DNA of 32,000 nucleotides from Dickeya dadantii NCPPB 898 (GTDB lineage Bacteria; Pseudomonadota; Gammaproteobacteria; Enterobacterales; Enterobacteriaceae): NCBI RefSeq assembly GCF_000406145.1, contig NZ_CM001976.1, positions 506,930 to 538,929 of the forward strand, read 5' to 3'. Shown piece by piece: positions 27,003 to 32,000 of this stretch (position 1 is its first letter; each line of letters starts with the position of its first letter). The notes under the pieces were generated by a model. It saw only the letters and a program-made list of their open reading frames with translations, ran no database searches and was not told where the DNA came from. The position numbers and the translations under genes were made by a program.

Positions 27003-27470
27003 ACGTGCGGATAGCGTCTGGGGTATTTACCGCTGACTCATTCCCATACCCGTCATAGTCAAACTCTGGCAGCCATTCAGAAATCACGGCCTGTTGCGTT
27101 GCCATGACCTCATTGATCAGCAGACTATTCCTGCTTTTTACCGATTAACATTTGTCGGAATATACCCGAAAGCGGGTGGAAATAACGCCAGAGGTCATTT
27201 TTCAAGGCGTCATTTTTATTCTTTGAAAGAATTAATTGTCCGCCGCCTTATATTAATTTCACTATAACTCATGATGAAATGTGATTCGCTGTCGCCTTTC
27301 CCGCCTCCTATGATGAATGGACGCAATCTGTTCCATTTATTGTCGACGGCCGGGAGGAAATATGGGGTTATGTCATGGGGCAGAACGGTTGACTGTCGGG
27401 GCTGTCGCGCCTGACGGCGGGGCGATGTGCGGTTGCCGTTGTGATACGGACATGAGGTGAGGAACGCCTG

Positions 27471-28640
27471 ATGACGGAGATCCCGCGGCACATTATTGAG
27501 CAGGCTGTCGAATGGCGGCGTGACTTTCATGCCCATCCGGAAATCGGCCTGCACGAGCACCGCACTTCGGCGCGGGTGGCCGAACTGCTGGCGTCCTTCG
27601 GGCTGGAGGTGCATCAGGGAATGGCGCAGACCGGCGTCGTCGGGACGCTGCGCTGTGGCGACGGACCGGCCATCGGCCTGCGGGCGGACATGGACGCGCT
27701 GCCGATTCATGAACTGAACCACTTCCCCCACCGTTCCCGTGCCGAAGGCTGTATGCACGCCTGCGGACACGATGGCCATACCGCGATGCTGCTGGCGGCG
27801 GCGCGCCATCTGAGCGCGACCCGTGGTTTTCGCGGTACGGTGCATTTTGTGTTTCAGCCGGCAGAGGAGAACGCCGGCGGCGGAAAAATGATGATGCAGG
27901 AAGGGTTGTTCGAGCGTTTCCCGATGCAGGCGATCTATGCGCTGCACAACTGGCCGGGCCTGGCGGCGGGCGAGGTGGCGGTCAACCCCGGTCCGATGAT
28001 GGCCTCGCAGGACAGTTTTCGCATTGTTCTGAGCGGCGTGGGATGCCATGCGGCGATGCCGGAGCGCGGCGCCGATCCGATCGTGGCCGCCGCCCAGCTG
28101 ATTCTGGCGTTACAGACTATTACCGCCCGTCGGTTGTCGCCGCTGGAACAGGCGGTGATCAGCATCACCCGCATCGAAGGCGGAGAGGCCGTCAACGCCA
28201 TTCCGGGCCAGGTCACGCTGGCGGGCACGCTGCGTTGTCTGACGCCGCACACGCGCGAGCGGGCGCGGCAACTGATTGGCGAGTATGTGCAGGCGGTGCC
28301 GCAGCCGATGGGGGTACAAAGCGAGTTGCGCTGGCGGAATGGTTATCCGGTAACGCAGAACCAGCCCGATGCGGCCGAGACGGTGCGCGAGGCGGCGATC
28401 GCGGCGTTGGGCACAACGCGGGTGCACTGGAATCAGCCCCCTTCAATGGCGGCGGAAGATTTCTCTTACCTGCTACAGGCCTGCCCCGGCGCTTATTTCT
28501 GGCTGGGCGCGGACGGCGCATCGCCATCGGCTTCGCTGCACAATGCGGAATACGATTTTAACGATGAGATTATCGCCAGCGGTGTTCGGGTGTGGGTGGC
28601 GCTGGTGGAGCGGTCGTTGCGTGCAAGCGAGGCCGGTTGA
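27471..28640 (+). CDS. M20D-family amidohydrolase (hippurate hydrolase / N-acyl-L-amino-acid amidohydrolase-like)
   Basis: 389 aa containing WRRDFHAHPE, GLRADMDALP, HACGHDGHTAMLL and FQPAEE, which are the typical M20D metal-ligand motifs. Confidence 0.85.
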   Translation: MTEIPRHIIEQAVEWRRDFHAHPEIGLHEHRTSARVAELLASFGLEVHQGMAQTGVVGTLRCGDGPAIGLRADMDALPIHELNHFPHRSRAEGCMHACGHDGHTAMLLAAARHLSATRGFRGTVHFVFQPAEENAGGGKMMMQEGLFERFPMQAIYALHNWPGLAAGEVAVNPGPMMASQDSFRIVLSGVGCHAAMPERGADPIVAAAQLILALQTITARRLSPLEQAVISITRIEGGEAVNAIPGQVTLAGTLRCLTPHTRERARQLIGEYVQAVPQPMGVQSELRWRNGYPVTQNQPDAAETVREAAIAALGTTRVHWNQPPSMAAEDFSYLLQACPGAYFWLGADGASPSASLHNAEYDFNDEIIASGVRVWVALVERSLRASEAG

Positions 28641-28667
28641 TAACGACGATACAACCGGCTCTGATGC

Positions 28668-28910
28668 TTAACGACCGATACTTCTCAACTGGGCGCAAAA
28701 CGGGCAGGTGCAGCCGCTGACCGATGTGGCATCGCAGATACCCAATTGACCGGCTTGCTGGCCGGTAGCGACATGACCGTTGCTGAATGCCGTTTCCACC
28801 TGCGCCAGCTTCATGGCGTCATTCGGGTTGATCGGCGCCAGTTTGGCCTGAAACGCCGAAGCGTTGGCCGCCGCAAATGAGAGAAAAACCAGCGACATCC
28901 TGAGTTTCAT
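28668..28910 (-). CDS. Small secreted protein (80 aa) with a C-terminal C-x7-C-x-C-x2-C motif; unknown function
   Basis: The start is trimmed from the 126-aa track ORF to MKLRMSLVFLSFAAANASA|FQ, a Sec signal with an AxA site. The 61-aa mature part ends in ...GICDATSVSGCTCPFCAQLRSIGR. The gene is divergent from the ABC importer, and the two share an operator-like 14-mer. Confidence 0.6.
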   Translation of the reverse strand: MKLRMSLVFLSFAAANASAFQAKLAPINPNDAMKLAQVETAFSNGHVATGQQAGQLGICDATSVSGCTCPFCAQLRSIGR

Positions 28911-28962
28911 GACAGACCGCCTGTGGGTTGCAAAGTAAATCATGGTGCGAAGGAATAATGAC

Positions 28963-28981
28963 GGTTTGTTATAACATAACC
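28963..28981. promoter_or_regulatory. Operator-like site: 10-bp perfect palindrome TGTTATAACA within the shared 14-mer TGTTATAACATAAC
   Basis: The 14-mer at 28967-28980 is identical to 29102-29115. It lies about 57 nt upstream of the small Cys-protein ATG (28910, minus strand). Confidence 0.55.
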
Positions 28982-29088
28982 TTTTCTGCTGCGCATCCCT
29001 CGTCTTCATCCCCCAATCGTACAGTTTGTAAGCGTTCATGACGGCCACGCGGCCGTATCCGCCGACAGGGTTGACCGCGTTTTGTGGT

Positions 29089-29124
29089 CTTTATTTTGTT
29101 ATGTTATAACATAACAAAATAAAG
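29089..29124. promoter_or_regulatory. Perfect 36-bp palindrome CTTTATTTTGTTATGTTA|TAACATAACAAAATAAAG; probable operator of the ABC importer operon
   Basis: I checked all 18 positions of each arm by hand. It ends 6 nt before the AGGAGG SD and 20 nt before the ATG at 29144. Confidence 0.65.
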
Positions 29125-29143
29125 TGTCAGGAGGCGTTCTCGA

Positions 29144-29959
29144 ATGTGGCAGGCCATGCCGCCTTTACTGCGGGTAGAACATTTGAACGTGGCGCATTAC
29201 GCCGGCCAGCCTTTGCTTACCGATATTCATTTTACGGTCGGGAGCGGGGAGTGCCTGGCGATTGTCGGCCCTAACGGCAGCGGCAAATCCACGCTGTTGC
29301 GTGCGTTGCTGCACGACCCGCCGCCGGCAAGCGGCTGTGTCTGGCTGGGCGATAAACCGCTGGCGCAGCTGTCCCGGGCGCAACGGGCGCGACGTATCGC
29401 GCTGATGAGCCAGCATGACTCCCCCAGTCTCGCGTTAACGGTGGAGGAGTACGTGTCGCTTGGCTGTTTGCCGCATGCGAATGCGCTGTCGCTGTCGGCG
29501 CAACAAGCCACGGTGGCGCAGGTGCTGGATGAAACCGGCTTGTCGCCACTACGGCAGCGCAGCCTGGCGGCGCTGTCCGGCGGGGAGCGTCAGCGGGCGT
29601 TTCTGGCGCGCGCGCTGGCGCAGCGCCCGGATCTGCTGCTGCTGGACGAACCGACCAACCATCTCGACCCGCCTGGTCGAGCGGCGCTGCTGGCGCTGGT
29701 GCGGCAGCGCGGCATCGCCGTGGTGGCGGTATTACACGATTTGTCGCTGGTGGAGCCGTTCGCCGATCGGGTGCTGGTGCTGTGTCAGGGCCGACAGGCA
29801 TGTTGGGATGTGCCGTCGCGGGCGCTCGCCAGCGATTGTATCTACCCGGTGTTCGGCATTCGCAGCTTCACGGTTCCGCATCCGGAAACCGGCCTGCCGT
29901 TTCGCTTGTTTGACGCGCCCGCAGGCGCGTGTGGATTCATTACCAGAGGAAGTCTATGA
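29144..29959 (+). CDS. ABC transporter ATP-binding protein, FepC/FecE/BtuD-like
   Basis: 271 aa with Walker A (GPNGSGKST), the signature LSGGERQR and Walker B (LLLLDEPT). An AGGAGG SD lies upstream. Confidence 0.9.
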   Translation: MWQAMPPLLRVEHLNVAHYAGQPLLTDIHFTVGSGECLAIVGPNGSGKSTLLRALLHDPPPASGCVWLGDKPLAQLSRAQRARRIALMSQHDSPSLALTVEEYVSLGCLPHANALSLSAQQATVAQVLDETGLSPLRQRSLAALSGGERQRAFLARALAQRPDLLLLDEPTNHLDPPGRAALLALVRQRGIAVVAVLHDLSLVEPFADRVLVLCQGRQACWDVPSRALASDCIYPVFGIRSFTVPHPETGLPFRLFDAPAGACGFITRGSL

Positions 29960-30948
29960 AAATATCATGCGGCGGTGCGTCGCTAGTTAACGGTTCGGCC
30001 GCGTTGATGGGGCTGTTGTTGGGATTGAGCGCCGTCACGGCGCAGGCGTCGGGGTTCCCGGTGACGGTACAGAGTTGCGGTAAGCCGCTGACCTTCACCC
30101 AGGCGCCGCAGCGCGCCATCATCAACGATCTCAACATGTCCGAAATGGCGTTTGCGCTGCATCTGCAACCGCAGATTGTCGGCCTGACCGGCATCAGCGG
30201 CTGGTACAAGATGACGCCGGAATTCCGCCGGCAAATGGGGACGATTCCGGAGTTGTCGCCGAAATACCCGTCGCTGGAAACCTTGCTGGCTGCCAGTCCG
30301 GATTTCTTCTTCGCCGGCTGGAACTACGGCATGAAAGTGGGCGGCGACGTCACGCCGGACACGCTGGCGAAATACGGCGTCAAAACGCTGGTGCTGAGTG
30401 AAAGCTGTATTTTTGAAGACCAGCATCGTCCGCGCGCCAGCATGGATTTGCTGTACGGCGACGAACTGACGCTGGGGAAAATTTTCGGCCGCGAGGAACA
30501 GGCGCAGGCGCTGGTGGAACAGTGGAAGGCACGGCTGGCGGCCTTGCCTACACCGCCGTCGGGTCAGGCGCCGCTCAAGGTATTCGTCTATGACTCCGGC
30601 GAGGATAAACCCTTTACCAGCGGCGTTTACGCCATGCCGACCGCCATTATCGACGCCGCGGGCGGCCGCAATGTAATGGACGGTATGGCGGCAAGCTGGG
30701 CCACCACCTCCTGGGAAACGGTGGCAGCGGCGGAGCCGGATCTGATCATTCTGCTGGATTACCAGAACGGCGGCGGCGCGGCGGCGTTGCAGCATTTTCT
30801 GGAGGCTCACCCGCTGATGAAACACACCCCGGCGGTGGCGCATCAGCGCTATCTGAAGCTGCAATACGCCGAGCTGACGCCGGGGCCGGCCAATATCGAC
30901 GCGATTGAAAAGCTCGCTCACGCGCTCTATCCGGCTGCGGCCCGATGA
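29956..30948 (+). CDS. Periplasmic substrate-binding protein, Fe-siderophore/B12 class (PF01497-like)
   Basis: The start is trimmed to MKISCGG, which overlaps the ATPase stop (ATGA). A signal peptide ends at AQA|SG. The architecture is typical of this class (PQRAIINDLNMSEMAFAL...IVGL). Confidence 0.8.
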   Translation: MKISCGGASLVNGSAALMGLLLGLSAVTAQASGFPVTVQSCGKPLTFTQAPQRAIINDLNMSEMAFALHLQPQIVGLTGISGWYKMTPEFRRQMGTIPELSPKYPSLETLLAASPDFFFAGWNYGMKVGGDVTPDTLAKYGVKTLVLSESCIFEDQHRPRASMDLLYGDELTLGKIFGREEQAQALVEQWKARLAALPTPPSGQAPLKVFVYDSGEDKPFTSGVYAMPTAIIDAAGGRNVMDGMAASWATTSWETVAAAEPDLIILLDYQNGGGAAALQHFLEAHPLMKHTPAVAHQRYLKLQYAELTPGPANIDAIEKLAHALYPAAAR

Positions 30949-31943
30949 GGGCGCGCCGTCATTACACGCTGATCTGCCTGCTGATAGTAACCCTGCTTCT
31001 GGCGATGATGCTGTTCAGCACCGCGGTGGGCGCTATCCGTATTCCGCTGGCGCAGGTGCTGGCGGCGCTGACGCCGGATCACGGCGACGCGCCGGACAGC
31101 GTGCGCCGCATCGTGCTGGAACTGCGCCTGCCGCGCACCCTGCTGGCGGCGATCACCGGCGCCGGGCTGGCGATGGTCGGCGCACTGCTGCAAACCACCA
31201 CCCGCAACGATCTGGCGGATCCGTTTCTGTTCGGCTTGTCCTCCGGCGCGTCGGCGGGCGCGGTGCTGGTGATCACCCGTTTTGGCGAATGGTTCGGCGC
31301 GTTCACGCTGCCGGTCGCGGCGTTTGGCGGCGGCATTTGCTCGGCGCTGGCGGTGATGCTGCTGTTTTTCCTACGACAGGGACGGCAGGCCGAGCATCTG
31401 GTGATCTGCGGGCTGGCTATTTCGTTTTTGTTTGGCGCGCTCACCAGTTATCTGGCGTTCTCCGGCGACCAGCGTGCCGCCAGTTCGGTGCTGTTCTGGT
31501 CGCTGGGCGGGCTGGGGCTGGCGCGCTGGGAAAATCTGCCAGTGGCGTTAAGTAGCCTGGCGTTGCTGGTTGGGTTAGTGCTGGCGCGCTGGCGGGCGCT
31601 GGATAGCCTGCTGGCCGGGGAGCAGACGGCGGCGTCGCTGGGGGTTCACGTCAACCGGTTGCGGATCGACGTGTTTCTGTGTTGCGCGCTGGCGACGGCA
31701 TTGCTGGTGTCGCTGACCGGCGTGATCGGGTTTGTCGGGCTGATGGTGCCGCATCTGTGCCGCCCGCTGGCCGGGGCGCGCCATCGGCGGCTGATCCCGC
31801 TGTGTGGCTTGCTGGGGGCGGCGCTGCTGTGCGGCGGCGATACCCTCAGCCGGGTGTTGCTGCCGTCGCAGGAACTGCCGGTGGGGATTGTTACCGCCGG
31901 GTTGGGAGGCGTTTTCGTGATTGTTCTGCTGGCAAAACGTTAG
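30945..31943 (+). CDS. FecCD/BtuC-family ABC transporter permease
   Basis: 332 aa with about 9-10 TM segments. It carries the family hallmark LRLPRTLLAAITGAGLAMVGALLQTTTRNDLADPFLFGLSSGA. Its start overlaps the SBP stop (ATGA). Confidence 0.9.
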   Translation: MRARRHYTLICLLIVTLLLAMMLFSTAVGAIRIPLAQVLAALTPDHGDAPDSVRRIVLELRLPRTLLAAITGAGLAMVGALLQTTTRNDLADPFLFGLSSGASAGAVLVITRFGEWFGAFTLPVAAFGGGICSALAVMLLFFLRQGRQAEHLVICGLAISFLFGALTSYLAFSGDQRAASSVLFWSLGGLGLARWENLPVALSSLALLVGLVLARWRALDSLLAGEQTAASLGVHVNRLRIDVFLCCALATALLVSLTGVIGFVGLMVPHLCRPLAGARHRRLIPLCGLLGAALLCGGDTLSRVLLPSQELPVGIVTAGLGGVFVIVLLAKR

Positions 31944-32000
31944 GTATTGCTTATCGATTTGATAAAGACAACGCATTAGCGACATACGTCACATTTTTGT

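Noticed and set aside
26893-27105. 70-aa minus-strand ORF (MATQQAVISEWLPEFDYDGYGNESAVNTPDAIR...) just downstream of the HD gene.
   Set aside because: The first 35 or so residues look protein-like, but the frame then runs 110 nt antisense into the HD gene and turns into Ala/Pro/Arg low complexity. I see no SD and recognise no family. It may be the stump of a displaced gene, but it cannot be supported as a feature.
28632-28659. Hairpin GCCGGTTG-N12-CAACCGGC spanning the amidohydrolase stop codon, between convergent genes.
   Set aside because: The 8-bp stem is real, but neither strand has a U-tract after it and the loop is large. It is not convincing as an intrinsic terminator.

Overview
This is an Enterobacterales chromosomal segment. 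Gene content and GC look Pectobacteriaceae/Dickeya-like, but I cannot verify that without a search. Most of it is conserved housekeeping DNA that I recognise by recalled similarity to E. coli orthologues; no alignments or database searches were run. Block 1 matches the E. coli 65-min region: ubiI-ubiH-pepP-ygfB on the minus strand, then an ERIC repeat, then zapA-ssrS(6S RNA)-ygfA on the plus strand. It abuts block 2, a compressed version of the E. coli 99-min region: nadR-radA-serB, ytjB(smp), prfC, osmY, ytjA, yjjV.

Four non-core stretches stand out:
- 14.1-16.4 kb: a diverged tandem duplication of a gene of unknown function. Each copy has its own sigma-28 (FliA)-like promoter, one copy is broken by a single in-frame TAG, and the pair is bracketed by two 20-21 bp tandem-repeat arrays.
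- 22.6-27.5 kb: a visibly AT-rich islet with large non-coding gaps. It holds a Tar-like chemoreceptor with a perfect sigma-28 -10 box, an orphan FlhE-like periplasmic protein and a stand-alone RelA/SpoT-type HD hydrolase (small alarmone hydrolase-like).
- 28.7-31.9 kb: a divergon pairing an 80-aa secreted protein that has a C-terminal C-x7-C-x-C-x2-C motif with an FecCD/BtuCDF-type ABC importer. The two promoters share an identical 14-mer, one copy embedded in a perfect 36-bp palindrome.
- Several short intergenic tandem repeats with 15, 16, 18 and 20-21 bp units.

I found no CRISPR array, tRNA, rRNA, transposase or integrase.
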